DNA of 32,000 nt, taken from NCBI RefSeq assembly GCF_000023205.1, contig NC_012803.1, forward strand, positions 2,469,098 through 2,501,097, read 5' to 3'. A model generated the notes under the pieces. The model was not told the DNA's origin. It worked only from the letters and a program-made list of their open reading frames with translations, and did not search any database. The position numbers were made by a program, and so were the translations under genes. This DNA comes from Micrococcus luteus NCTC 2665 (GTDB lineage Bacteria; Actinomycetota; Actinomycetes; Actinomycetales; Micrococcaceae). Of the stretch, positions 18,114 to 26,446 are shown piece after piece (the first letter of the stretch is position 1; every line of letters starts with the position of its first letter).

Positions 18114-19958
18114 TTGAGCAGCAGACCCGCCCCGCGCCGAGCGCAGGACCCCGCCCACGCCGGCGTCGCCGACGAGGAGCCGACGACGACGGACCCCGCC
18201 CCCGCCACGGATCCGGCCGCCGTGGACCCCGCGGACGAGACCCCCGAGGGCGAGCGCCGCGCCGGCCGGTCCACCGCGATCATGGCCTCCGGCACGCTCC
18301 TCTCCCGCGTGCTGGGCCTCGTCCGTGCGACGCTGGTGACGGTGGCGATCGGCCTGTCCGCGGACATGGCCGACATCTTCGAGATCGCCAACTCCCTGCC
18401 GAACGTGATCTACCTGCTCCTGGTGGGCGGCGTGTTCAACGTCGTGCTCGTGCCGCAGCTGATCAAGCACGCCCGCGACGCCGACCGGGGCGCGGACTAC
18501 ACCTCCCGCCTGATGACGCTCGGCACGCTCGTGATGCTCGCCGGCACGGTGGTGGTCATGCTGGCGGCAGCCCCGCTCATGACGGCCCTGACCCGCGGCT
18601 GGTCGCCGGAGAAGCTCGAGATGGCCACCGTGTTCGCCCTGTGGTGTCTGCCCCAGGTGTTCTTCTACGGCATGTACGCGCTGGTGGGGCAGGTGCTCAA
18701 CGCCAACGGACGCTTCGGCGCCTACATGTGGGCGCCGGTGCTGAACAACGTCGTCGCGATCGGCGCGATCGTGCTGTACCTGGGCATGTTCGGGGCGTAC
18801 CGGGCCGGGGACGACCTCGCTGGGTGGACGAGCGCACAGACGGTCGTGCTGGCCGGCGGCCACACCCTGGGCGTCGTGCTGCAGGCCGTGATCCTCTTCC
18901 TGCCGCTGCGCGGGCTCGGCCTGGGTCTGCGCCCGCGGTTCGGCTGGAAGGGCATCGGCCTGCGGGACACCGGCCGGATCGCCGGGTACACCCTGATCAC
19001 GATGGTCGCCACGAACGTGGTGCTCCTGCTGTGCCAGCGGTACGTCACCTCCGCCACGGAGGCCCGCGACCGCGGCGAGCTGCGCATCCCCGGCACGGAG
19101 ACCTGGAGCGCCGAGATGGCGCAGGCGGCCATCCCCGGTGTGGCCGCGTACAACATGGCGATGCTGATGGCCGTGCTGCCCCATTCGGTGTTCGTGCTCT
19201 CCCTGGCCACCGTGCTCTTCAACCGGCTGGCCCGCGCCATGGGCCGCCAGGACATGTCCGCGGTGCGGCGCACGACGGCGCAGGGTCTGCGCGCGTTCAC
19301 CGTGCCGCTGATGTTCTGCCTCGCCGGCGTGGTGGTCCTGGCGGGCCCCCTGGGCCGCGTCTTCGGCTCGACGGCCGAGACGGCGATGGTGGCCGGCGTC
19401 GCGGTGGGCTCGGTCCTGCTCGCGCTGGCGCTGTCCATCCCGTTCCGCTCGGGCTCCTTCTACCTGCTGCGCGTGTTCTACGCCGCCGAGGACGCCAAGG
19501 TGCCGATGGTGGTCCAGGTCAGCGGCTCGCTCCTGATGCTGCTGCTCTCGTGGGCGGGCGCGATGCTGCTGCCGCTGTGGTCCATGGCCCTGTGGGTCGC
19601 GGTCGCCTCGTCCGTCTCGTACGTGTACCAGTTCGTCCTGACCCATGTGCTCACCGTGCGCCGGTTCGGGGACTACGGCCTCGCATCCGTGCTGCGTGCC
19701 CACGTCCAGACCGGCCTGGCCGCGCTGGCCGCGGCGGCCGCGGGCGTCGTCGTCGTGTGGCTGCTGGGCGGGTACACCGGCGGGTTCGCGTGGAACTCCA
19801 TCGGGACGGCGCTGCTCACGTGCGCGGTGGCGGCCGTGGCGATGGGTCCGGTGTACCTGATGGTGCTGCGGGCCATGCGGTTCCCCGAGCTGGACGACGC
19901 CCTCCGGCCGCTCGTCGCCCGCGTGCCGGCGCTGGGTCGTCTGCTGCGCGTCGGCTGA
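18114..19958 (+). CDS. murJ: lipid II flippase MurJ/MviN
   Basis: SGTLLSRVLGLVRATLVTVAIG..ADIFEIANSLPNVIYLLLVGGVFNVVLVPQL and about 14 TM helices. The TTG at 18114 gives a 56-aa acidic/Pro-rich N-terminal extension; the ATG at 18282 (MASGTLL) is an alternative start. Confidence 0.88.
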   Translation: MSSRPAPRRAQDPAHAGVADEEPTTTDPAPATDPAAVDPADETPEGERRAGRSTAIMASGTLLSRVLGLVRATLVTVAIGLSADMADIFEIANSLPNVIYLLLVGGVFNVVLVPQLIKHARDADRGADYTSRLMTLGTLVMLAGTVVVMLAAAPLMTALTRGWSPEKLEMATVFALWCLPQVFFYGMYALVGQVLNANGRFGAYMWAPVLNNVVAIGAIVLYLGMFGAYRAGDDLAGWTSAQTVVLAGGHTLGVVLQAVILFLPLRGLGLGLRPRFGWKGIGLRDTGRIAGYTLITMVATNVVLLLCQRYVTSATEARDRGELRIPGTETWSAEMAQAAIPGVAAYNMAMLMAVLPHSVFVLSLATVLFNRLARAMGRQDMSAVRRTTAQGLRAFTVPLMFCLAGVVVLAGPLGRVFGSTAETAMVAGVAVGSVLLALALSIPFRSGSFYLLRVFYAAEDAKVPMVVQVSGSLLMLLLSWAGAMLLPLWSMALWVAVASSVSYVYQFVLTHVLTVRRFGDYGLASVLRAHVQTGLAALAAAAAGVVVVWLLGGYTGGFAWNSIGTALLTCAVAAVAMGPVYLMVLRAMRFPELDDALRPLVARVPALGRLLRVG

Positions 19959-20023
19959 TCTCTGGCCGCGACGGCCACGCCACGTATCATCGGATTCCGA
20001 CCCCGTCGTCAGGAGAAGAGCCC

Positions 20024-22069
20024 GTGCCCCAGCCCATCGCCGTCGGCGCCGTCCTGGGCGGCCGCTATCGCATCACCCAGCACGTGGTGACGTCCGCGGA
20101 CCAGGACATGGTGTTCCTGGGCACGGACCAGGTGCTCAACCGCCGCGTCACCGTGCTCGTGGCCTCACGTGAGAACGCCACGCAGGTGGCCTCGTCCGCG
20201 CGGGAGCTGGCCACGGGCGAGCGCACCGACGACGTGCAGGTGCTCGACCTGGGGCTGTCCGAGGGCCGCACGTACCTGATCGCCGGCGGGGACCCCGACC
20301 CGGACGTCCTGCTGGGTCTGGCGTACCCGCAGGAGCTGTACGTGGAGCCGTTCCAGACGGACAGCCTCGGCTCCGAGCTGTTCGGCGAGTCGCGGACCGG
20401 AGACCCCCACGCCTACGACGACGACGAGGCGTACTACACCGACCTCGACCGCCGGCTCCGCGCGGACGAGGACGAGGCCCAGCGTCGTCCCGGGTTCCTG
20501 AACCGCCTCTCCGAGCGCCTCGCCGAGCGGGTCCGTCCCTCCGACGGCACCGCGGCGAAGGCGGCCGCCGGGGCGTCGGCCCTGGCCGCGGCGGACGCCG
20601 CCACCCGGAAGCAGCAGGAGGAGCGCGAGCGGGCGGAGCGGGAGGCCGCCGAGCGCGCAGAACGCGAGCGCAAGGAGGCCGAGGAGAAGGCCCGCGCCGA
20701 ACGGGAGGCCGCCGAGCGGGTCGAGCGGGAGCGCAAGGAAGCCGCCGAACGCGCAGAACGCGAACGTCGGGAGGCGGAGGAGCGTGCCGAGGAGGAGCGC
20801 CGCGCCGAGGCCGAGCGCGCGCGTCGCCAGGCGGAGCAGGAGGCGGAGGAGCGGGCCGCGCGCGAGCGGGAGGCCGAGCAGGCCCGGCTGGCCGCGGAGC
20901 GGGAGGAGGCCGAGCGCCGCGAGCTCGAGCGCCGGGCCGAGGCCCGCCGTCGTGCCGAGGAGGAGCGGGCCCGGGAGGCCGCGGAGCGCGAGGCTGAGAA
21001 GCGCGCAGCCCAGGAACGCGAGGCCGCGGAGCGCGAGGCTGAGAAGCGCGAGGCCCAGGCGGGCACCGCCGCGCTTCCGGCCGTGGCGGCCGAGAAGACC
21101 GACGCACCGGAGCCGGCCGCCCCGGACACCGAGGCTATCCCCGTGCGTCGCCAGCGTCCCGTCCCGCGCCGCGTGCTGGAGACCGAGTCCGCGCCGGCGG
21201 TCGACGAGAAGTCCCGCGGCACGGCGGCGCCGGTGGCCGCCGGTGCCGCGGCCATGCGCGCTGCGGATGCCGCGACCGCGGGGTCGACGGCCGCCGCCGC
21301 GGCTCCGGACGCATCGACCGCCGCGTCCGCCCCGCCGGCCGGGGGCGGCGAGGGCGCCACGGTGGCCGATCCAGGCGATGGGGACAGCCGGAAGAGCGGC
21401 GGCCCGCTGGCCCTGCTCCTCGTGCTCGGCCTGCTCGCCGCACTCGTCGTGGGCGGGGTGCTGCTGGCCCAGAACCTGCGCGGCGGGCCGGCCCCGCAGG
21501 CCGCGGCCGCGTCGTCCGAGTCTGCGTCGTCCGGGTCCGCATCGGACACCCCGTCGCCGTCGGAGAGCACCAGCCCCTCCCCCACCCCGACCAGCGAGAG
21601 CGCCGCGGCCGCCCCGCAGCCCGTCCAGGCCCTGCGCTCGGTGCCGGACCTGCCGGAGCACGAGGCCGAGCACGACGCGGACCTGCCCAACCTCATCGAC
21701 GGCGACCCCACCACCGTGTGGCGCACCTTCGCCTACGCACGGCCGAACTTCGGCGGCTATGTGGAGAGCATGAACCTCGTGGTCCAGCTTGAGGACCGCA
21801 CCGAGGTGAACGAGGTGACCCTGCAGAGCACGGGGGCCACCGGTGGCGCCTGGTTCGCCTACATCGCCGACTCCCCCGAGGGCGCGAACGCCCAGGAGAT
21901 CGGCAACGGCACCTTCGACCAGGACACCGTCTCCATCCCCGTGCCGTTCGAGGGCACCGAGGCCGAGGCCGAGTACGTGATCGTCAGCCTCACCTCGCTG
22001 CCCCAGCTGGAGGGCACGACGTCGGACCTCCCGTTCGGCCTGCGCCTCGGCGAGATCGCCGTCCGCTGA
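20024..22069 (+). CDS. MurJ-associated pseudokinase-like single-pass membrane protein with an extracellular discoidin/CBM-like domain
   Basis: Only the 3-prime part of track ORF 18107..22069 is real. GTG at 20024 with AGGAG at 20011-20015. The N-terminus has a kinase N-lobe-like sequence (LGGRYRITQHV..FLGTDQVLNRRVTVLV) without an obvious catalytic loop. Next come about 150 aa of E/R/K/A, a TM helix (LALLLVLGLLAALVVGGVLLA), an S/P/T linker, and a C-terminal LIDGDPTTVWRT... domain. This corresponds to the C-terminal half of mycobacterial MviN (Rv3910). Confidence 0.75.
   Translation: MPQPIAVGAVLGGRYRITQHVVTSADQDMVFLGTDQVLNRRVTVLVASRENATQVASSARELATGERTDDVQVLDLGLSEGRTYLIAGGDPDPDVLLGLAYPQELYVEPFQTDSLGSELFGESRTGDPHAYDDDEAYYTDLDRRLRADEDEAQRRPGFLNRLSERLAERVRPSDGTAAKAAAGASALAAADAATRKQQEERERAEREAAERAERERKEAEEKARAEREAAERVERERKEAAERAERERREAEERAEEERRAEAERARRQAEQEAEERAAREREAEQARLAAEREEAERRELERRAEARRRAEEERAREAAEREAEKRAAQEREAAEREAEKREAQAGTAALPAVAAEKTDAPEPAAPDTEAIPVRRQRPVPRRVLETESAPAVDEKSRGTAAPVAAGAAAMRAADAATAGSTAAAAAPDASTAASAPPAGGGEGATVADPGDGDSRKSGGPLALLLVLGLLAALVVGGVLLAQNLRGGPAPQAAAASSESASSGSASDTPSPSESTSPSPTPTSESAAAAPQPVQALRSVPDLPEHEAEHDADLPNLIDGDPTTVWRTFAYARPNFGGYVESMNLVVQLEDRTEVNEVTLQSTGATGGAWFAYIADSPEGANAQEIGNGTFDQDTVSIPVPFEGTEAEAEYVIVSLTSLPQLEGTTSDLPFGLRLGEIAVR
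20606..21057 (+). repeat. in-frame imperfect tandem repeats encoding an E/R/K/A-only segment
   Basis: 31-bp perfect repeat GAGGCCGCGGAGCGCGAGGCTGAGAAGCGCG at 20975-21005 and 21020-21050 (45-bp period). CGGGAGGCCGCCGAGCG occurs at 20639-20655 and 20702-20718 (63-bp period). Protein: RKQQEERERAEREAAERAERERKEAEEKARAEREAAERVERERKEAAERAERERREAEERAEEERR... Confidence 0.9.
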
Positions 22070-22080
22070 CCCCGCGCCCA

Positions 22081-22116
22081 GGCGACGGCGCGCCGGACCT
22101 TCCGGCCGCCGTCGCC
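22081..22116 (+). terminator. strong terminator-like hairpin after the pseudokinase-like gene
   Basis: GGCGACGGCG-c-GCCGGA-cct-TCCGGC-CGCCGTCGCC: 16 bp of stem with one bulge, beginning 12 nt after the stop at 22069. Confidence 0.6.
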
Positions 22117-22146
22117 GGACGACGCTGCACCGCGGCCCGACACCGC

Positions 22147-22174
22147 GGAATACCCGCCCGTGGCTCCGCCGTTG
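22147..22174 (+). promoter_or_regulatory. candidate SigH/SigR-type (ECF, thiol-oxidative stress) promoter for trxB-trxA
   Basis: GGAAT (22147-22151), then 19 nt, then GTTG (22171-22174), about 43 nt upstream of the trxB GTG. The pattern GGAAT-N18/19-GTT is the published SigR/SigH consensus, and trxBA are classical members of that regulon. Confidence 0.45.
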
Positions 22175-22216
22175 TCCTGGAGGAGCGTCCACCACCCCGA
22201 TCCACTGGAGGAACCC

Positions 22217-23218
22217 GTGGCCCCCACCGCCCAGGACCAGAGCGTCCACAACGTCGTGATCGTCGGATCCGGCCCCGCCGGATACACCGCGGCGATCTAC
22301 ACCGCCCGCGCCGACCTCTCCCCCGTCCTCGTGGCCGGGGCGGTGACCGCGGGCGGCGAGCTGATGAACACCACCGAGGTGGAGAACTTCCCGGGCTTCC
22401 CGGAGGGTGTGCAGGGGCCCGAGCTGATGGCGAACCTCGAGGCCCAGGCCCGCCGGTTCAACACGGAGGTGGTCTACGACGACGTCGTGCAGGCCGACCT
22501 GACGTCGAACCCCAAGGTGCTCACGCTCGGCGACGGCACCCAGCTGCGCACCCACGCGGTCATCCTCACGACCGGCTCCGCCTACCGGAAGCTCGGCGTT
22601 CCCGGCGAGGAGCGCCTCTCCGGCCACGGCGTCAGCTGGTGCGCCACGTGCGACGGCTTCTTCTTCCGCGAGCAGGAGATCGCGGTCGTGGGCGGCGGCG
22701 ACTCCGCCATGGAGGAGGCCCTGTTCCTCACGAAGTTCGCGTCCAAGGTGACCGTGCTGGTCCGCAAGGATGAGCTGCGCGCCTCCAAGGTGATGGCCCA
22801 CCGCGCCATGGAGAACGAGAAGATCGAGTTCCGCTGGAACACCGAGGTCACGGAGGTGACCGGTGACGACAAGGTCAACACCCTCCGCCTGCGCGACACC
22901 CGCACCGGTGAGGCGTCCACGCTGGACGTGACCGGCCTGTTCGTGGCCATCGGCCAGGACCCGCGCACGGACCTGGTGCAGGGCCAGGTGGAGCTCACGG
23001 AGCACGGCACCATCCGCATCGACCATCCGTCCTCGCGGACCTCCCAGCCGGGCGTCTTCGCCGCCGGCGACGTCACGGACCACACCTACCGCCAGGCCGT
23101 CACCGCCGCCGGCTCGGGCTGCGTGGCCGCCCAGGACGTGGAGCACTACCTCGCGACCGTGGCCGATGTGGAGGAGGCCGCGCCGGCCGGCCCCGAGTCG
23201 GACGCGAACCCGGCATGA
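22217..23218 (+). CDS. trxB: thioredoxin-disulfide reductase
   Basis: VVIVGSGPAGYTAAIY, redox-active WCATCDG, VVGGGDSAMEEA, GVFAAGDV. GTG at 22217 with GGAGGA at 22207-22212. Confidence 0.95.
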   Translation: MAPTAQDQSVHNVVIVGSGPAGYTAAIYTARADLSPVLVAGAVTAGGELMNTTEVENFPGFPEGVQGPELMANLEAQARRFNTEVVYDDVVQADLTSNPKVLTLGDGTQLRTHAVILTTGSAYRKLGVPGEERLSGHGVSWCATCDGFFFREQEIAVVGGGDSAMEEALFLTKFASKVTVLVRKDELRASKVMAHRAMENEKIEFRWNTEVTEVTGDDKVNTLRLRDTRTGEASTLDVTGLFVAIGQDPRTDLVQGQVELTEHGTIRIDHPSSRTSQPGVFAAGDVTDHTYRQAVTAAGSGCVAAQDVEHYLATVADVEEAAPAGPESDANPA

Positions 23219-23315
23219 GCCACCGACTCATGACCCCTGACGGATCGTCATGGGTCATGTCGATAACACCCCTGTCCACCCTCGTCAGACACAGAACAAA
23301 CCCCAGGAGGCTGCC

Positions 23316-23639
23316 ATGAGCACCATCACCGTCACCGACGCCGACTTCGACCAGAAGGTCCTCCAGTCCGAGCTGCCCGTCCTCGTGGACTTCTGGGCCG
23401 AGTGGTGCGGCCCGTGCCGCATGCTCGGGCCCGTCCTGGAGGACATGGCCGTGGAGCACGAGGGCAAGGCCGTGATCGCCAAGCTCAACGTGGACGAGAA
23501 CCCGGCCATCGCCGCGCGCTACGGCGTCACCTCCATCCCGCTCGTCGTGGGCTTCCAGAACGGCGAGAAGGTCGCCGAGTCCGTGGGCGCCAAGCCCAAG
23601 GCCGCGCTGGAGAAGGAGTTCTCGGCCCTGCTCGGCTGA
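23316..23639 (+). CDS. trxA: thioredoxin
   Basis: VLVDFWAEWCGPCRMLGPVLE (WCGPC active site). ATG at 23316 with AGGAGG 6 nt upstream. Confidence 0.96.
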   Translation: MSTITVTDADFDQKVLQSELPVLVDFWAEWCGPCRMLGPVLEDMAVEHEGKAVIAKLNVDENPAIAARYGVTSIPLVVGFQNGEKVAESVGAKPKAALEKEFSALLG

Positions 23640-23656
23640 GCCCCTCCCCCACTCAC

Positions 23657-23698
23657 CACGACGGCCCCGTCACCCCAGAGGGTGACGGGGCCGTCGTG
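23657..23698. terminator. bidirectional terminator-like hairpin between trxA (+) and parB (-)
   Basis: Perfect 18-bp stem: CACGACGGCCCCGTCACC (23657-23674) pairs with GGTGACGGGGCCGTCGTG (23681-23698), 6-nt loop. Confidence 0.7.
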
Positions 23699-23756
23699 CG
23701 TTGATCTTCAGGACCAGCGGCGGGTGCCCGTGGACGCCGTCCGCGGGAACTCCGGA

Positions 23757-25130
23757 TCAGGACTTCTTGCCCTTCCCCTTGCCGTCCTGACCGCCCTGGA
23801 TGAGGTCCATGATGCGGTTCAGGTCCTCTACGGTGGTGAAGTCGATGGCGATGCGGCCCTTGCGCGCGCCGAGGGTGATCTTCACGGCGGTGTCCAGGCG
23901 GCTGGTGAGCGCGGTGGCGTAGTGGTCCAGGCGCTCGTGGCGGGCGTCGTCCGTGCTGCGCCGCGGCGTGCGGCCCGGCCGGAGCCCGCCCTGCAGCTGC
24001 GCGACCGCCTCCTCCGTGGACCGGACGGACAAGCCCTCCGACTGGATCCGCTGCGCCAGACGCTCCATGTCCGACGGGTCCGTGAGACCGAGCAGCGCAC
24101 GCGCATGGCCGGCCGAGAGCGTGCCGGCGGCCACGCGGCGCTGCACGAGGGGCGGCAGCTTGAGCAGCCGCAGCGTGTTGGAGATCTGCGGACGAGAGCG
24201 GCCGATGCGCTGGGACAGCTCCTCCTGCGTGCAGGCGAAGTCCTCCATGAGCTGCTGGTAGGCGGCGGCCTCTTCGAGCGGGTTCAGCTGGGAGCGGTGC
24301 AGGTTCTCCAGCAGAGCATCCCGCAGGAGGTCCTGGTCCGGGGTCTGGCGGACGATCGCCGGGATGGTGTCCAGGCCGGCCTTCTGGGTGGCGCGCCACC
24401 GGCGCTCGCCCATGATCAGCTCATAGGGGGTGGGGCCGTCCACCTCGCGCACGACGATCGGCTGCAGGATGCCGACCTCGCGGATCGAGGTGACCAGTTC
24501 CGCCATGTGGTCCTCGTCGAACACCTCACGCGGCTGCCGCGGGTTGGGGTGGATGTCCCCCACCGGGATCTCCCGCAGGACCGCGATGTCCGCGGACACG
24601 GTCCCCTCGGTCGCGGCGGACTCAACGCTCGAGTCCCCCGGTTCGTTCCTCGACGACGTCGCGGAGGTGGCACGCTTGCTGGGCGCCTTCACCGTCGGCA
24701 TGGCCGGACGCCCCTTGGTCGGCCGCGCCGCGGGTGCATCCTCGGAGTCTGCGGAGAAGAACACGTCGACGGGACGCTGCGCGGGTCGCGAGGCACGCTT
24801 CGACGAGGTGGGCCCTGCCTTCGTGGCGGACGTGGCGTTCCTGCCAGTCGCAGCCGTTGATTTCCCGGCCTGTGTCGTTCGGCCCGCGGTCTTCCGCTGC
24901 GAGGCCGACGGGGCGGGCTCGTTGGACTCCCCTGGCGTCTCGGTCGTCGCGGTGCTCCGCGTCGATGTCGTGGTGGCCTCCGCTGCCGCGGCAGCCTTCG
25001 GGCCGCTCTTCACCGGCACCGCAGAGTCCTTCGGGGAGGTGGCCTCGGCGTTCTCTTCCGGGGCTTCTACAGTGCTCTGGATCAGGGCGCCGAGGCCTCG
25101 CCCCAGGCCTCCTCGACGGCTCGTCTTCAA
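23757..25130 (-). CDS. parB: chromosome partitioning protein ParB (CTP-dependent parS-binding clamp) with a long low-complexity insertion
   Basis: TTG start at 25130 with AGGAGG 5 nt upstream. The N-terminal RRGGLGRGLGALI peptide is followed by about 165 aa rich in S/T/A/P/K. Then come PNPRQPREVFDEDHMAELVTSIREVGILQPIVV, the GERRWRA box, an HTH (TQEELSQRIGRSRPQISNTLRLLKLP), and a C-terminal dimerisation domain with a Lys-rich tail (GKGKGKKS). Confidence 0.93.
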   Translation of the reverse strand: MKTSRRGGLGRGLGALIQSTVEAPEENAEATSPKDSAVPVKSGPKAAAAAEATTTSTRSTATTETPGESNEPAPSASQRKTAGRTTQAGKSTAATGRNATSATKAGPTSSKRASRPAQRPVDVFFSADSEDAPAARPTKGRPAMPTVKAPSKRATSATSSRNEPGDSSVESAATEGTVSADIAVLREIPVGDIHPNPRQPREVFDEDHMAELVTSIREVGILQPIVVREVDGPTPYELIMGERRWRATQKAGLDTIPAIVRQTPDQDLLRDALLENLHRSQLNPLEEAAAYQQLMEDFACTQEELSQRIGRSRPQISNTLRLLKLPPLVQRRVAAGTLSAGHARALLGLTDPSDMERLAQRIQSEGLSVRSTEEAVAQLQGGLRPGRTPRRSTDDARHERLDHYATALTSRLDTAVKITLGARKGRIAIDFTTVEDLNRIMDLIQGGQDGKGKGKKS

Positions 25131-25372
25131 CGGGTCCTCCTGCAGTGAGTGGGTCTGGGATCAGTGTAGGTGAGCGGCCTGGTCTCGATGGTCCCGGGCG
25201 GCGGGAAGACACTTCTCAAGGTGCTCTGGCCCTGACCGCCGGGGGGCGCGCGAGGGCCTGACACGTGCAAGGGGCGCGGCGAGGTTCGGGCCCCGGTTCT
25301 GGGGTGAGACGTCCGTATTGGGCCCGGACGGCAGGAGGTGGGCGCGCGGACAGCACCTGCCGCGAGCGTGAG

Positions 25373-25388
25373 TGTTTCACGTGGAACA
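25373..25388. promoter_or_regulatory. parS site 1 (TGTTTCACGTGGAACA, 1 mismatch in the 14-bp core)
   Basis: Match to the chromosomal parS consensus tGTTTCACGTGAAACa. Confidence 0.7.
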
Positions 25389-25463
25389 CTCCGAGTGGGG
25401 GCGCTTCGGAAGGATGCCGCTGCAATCCCCAAGACCTCCTCGTGTTCCCTCTCGAGGTTCACT

Positions 25464-25479
25464 CGTTTCACATGAAACG
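25464..25479. promoter_or_regulatory. parS site 2 (CGTTTCACATGAAACG, 1 mismatch in the core)
   Basis: Match to the parS consensus. The central CG is replaced by CA. Confidence 0.65.
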
Positions 25480-25777
25480 CGAGCCCGCGTCGACGAGCGG
25501 ACGGTATCAGAATCACGGCTGCTCGGTTTGTTTTCCATGTGCTCCCCGGCCGATCAGCTCCCGTGCGGACGATACTCAGATTGCTGGTTACCCGCATGAT
25601 GATGTGCCTCATCTTGTGTGAAATGCCGGACCAGCAACGAAGCACTCGTCTCACTCCCCCGCGGTGCGAGGTGAACACTCGAATCAGCGAACGGATGAGC
25701 TCGGCTACTCGTCGCTTCGCCGTCAGTGCTTCCTCGCACCCGCGCAGCTGACGAATTGAACGCTGCTTGGCCATCCG

Positions 25778-25793
25778 CGTTTCACGTGAAACA
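25778..25793. promoter_or_regulatory. parS site 3 (CGTTTCACGTGAAACA, perfect 14-bp core)
   Basis: Perfect GTTTCACGTGAAAC palindrome. Confidence 0.88.
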
Positions 25794-25971
25794 CGGACGA
25801 ATCTGTCATCCAAGTACGACATGAGTTCGTGGTGGGCCACGTGCTCGCTCACCCGCGAGTCAGTGCCACCTTCCTGCTTCATTCTCGGTCAGCTCGCTCC
25901 CGGCACGGAACGTGTGCTCCCTGGATCGCCCGAGGTGGCGACCTCGCGGCACGGCCCTTTGTCCCGGAGCT

Positions 25972-25987
25972 CGTTTCACGTGAAACG
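25972..25987. promoter_or_regulatory. parS site 4 (CGTTTCACGTGAAACG, perfect 16-bp palindrome)
   Basis: Perfect GTTTCACGTGAAAC palindrome. Confidence 0.88.
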
Positions 25988-26155
25988 TATCGTTCGAAGA
26001 TTCCACCGCGCGCTCATGCCGTGGAAGCCCGCCCCCAAGCGGGTCGCATCCCGAGGCTGGCGTGCGCAGGGGCCACTATATCTTGAGAGGTTCAGTCTCG
26101 CCGCGTCGCTGATAAAACTGGCTCGGATCCAGTGAGCGCCGACCACCAGTCGTTC

Positions 26156-26171
26156 GGTTTCACGTGAAACG
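26156..26171. promoter_or_regulatory. parS site 5 (GGTTTCACGTGAAACG, perfect 14-bp core)
   Basis: Perfect GTTTCACGTGAAAC palindrome. Confidence 0.88.
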
Positions 26172-26367
26172 TGCTGGGAGGGAACGCCGGGTCGCGGGTT
26201 CGGTGCCGGGGCAGCGTGCACCCACTTCCGCCATCGACGGTATTGCTCGATGTGGTCGCCGATGTCACGGGCGGCAGTACAGTGACGCGGCTGGCCCTCC
26301 ACCCGACCTACCGAATCCATTCGTCCTGTCAGCTGAGGCCGCCCATCAAAGTCTCAGGACCGCCTCG

Positions 26368-26376
26368 TGTGGAAAC
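26368..26376 (-). promoter_or_regulatory. weak DnaA-box-like 9-mer (GTTTCCACA on the minus strand)
   Basis: TGTGGAAAC on the plus strand. Two mismatches to the actinobacterial TTGTCCACA and one mismatch to the relaxed TTWTNCACA. Confidence 0.25.
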
Positions 26377-26446
26377 TGGGTCTTCATGACGTCCATCCGC
26401 GGACAGCTGCGGTCAGGAACCGACGCTAGGGGAGCGCGGACCACCG

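Noticed and set aside
18107-20023. N-terminal 639 aa of the 1320-aa track ORF 18107..22069
   Set aside because: This part runs out of frame across murJ and is R/G/P-rich nonsense. Only the portion from the GTG at 20024 (with an RBS) is protein-like.
20165-23146. 993-aa antisense ORF and other very long shadow ORFs (2031..3683 -, 1012..2052 + part, 3784..5094 +, 10059..11651 -, 11954..14338 -, 14388..15698 +, 15825..17459 +, 17829..19703 -, 27514..29376 +, 30075..31184 +)
   Set aside because: These are typical high-GC stop-codon-poor alternative frames opposite or overlapping well-supported genes. The translations are Arg/Gly/Pro/Ala/His-rich with no domains.
25976-26320. Possible decayed ParE/RelE-like toxin fragment (…TAARDIGDHIEQYRRW…) on the minus strand of the spacer
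   Set aside because: The resemblance is limited to a few residues, the rest of the ORF is not toxin-like, and it reads through a parS site. The evidence is insufficient.
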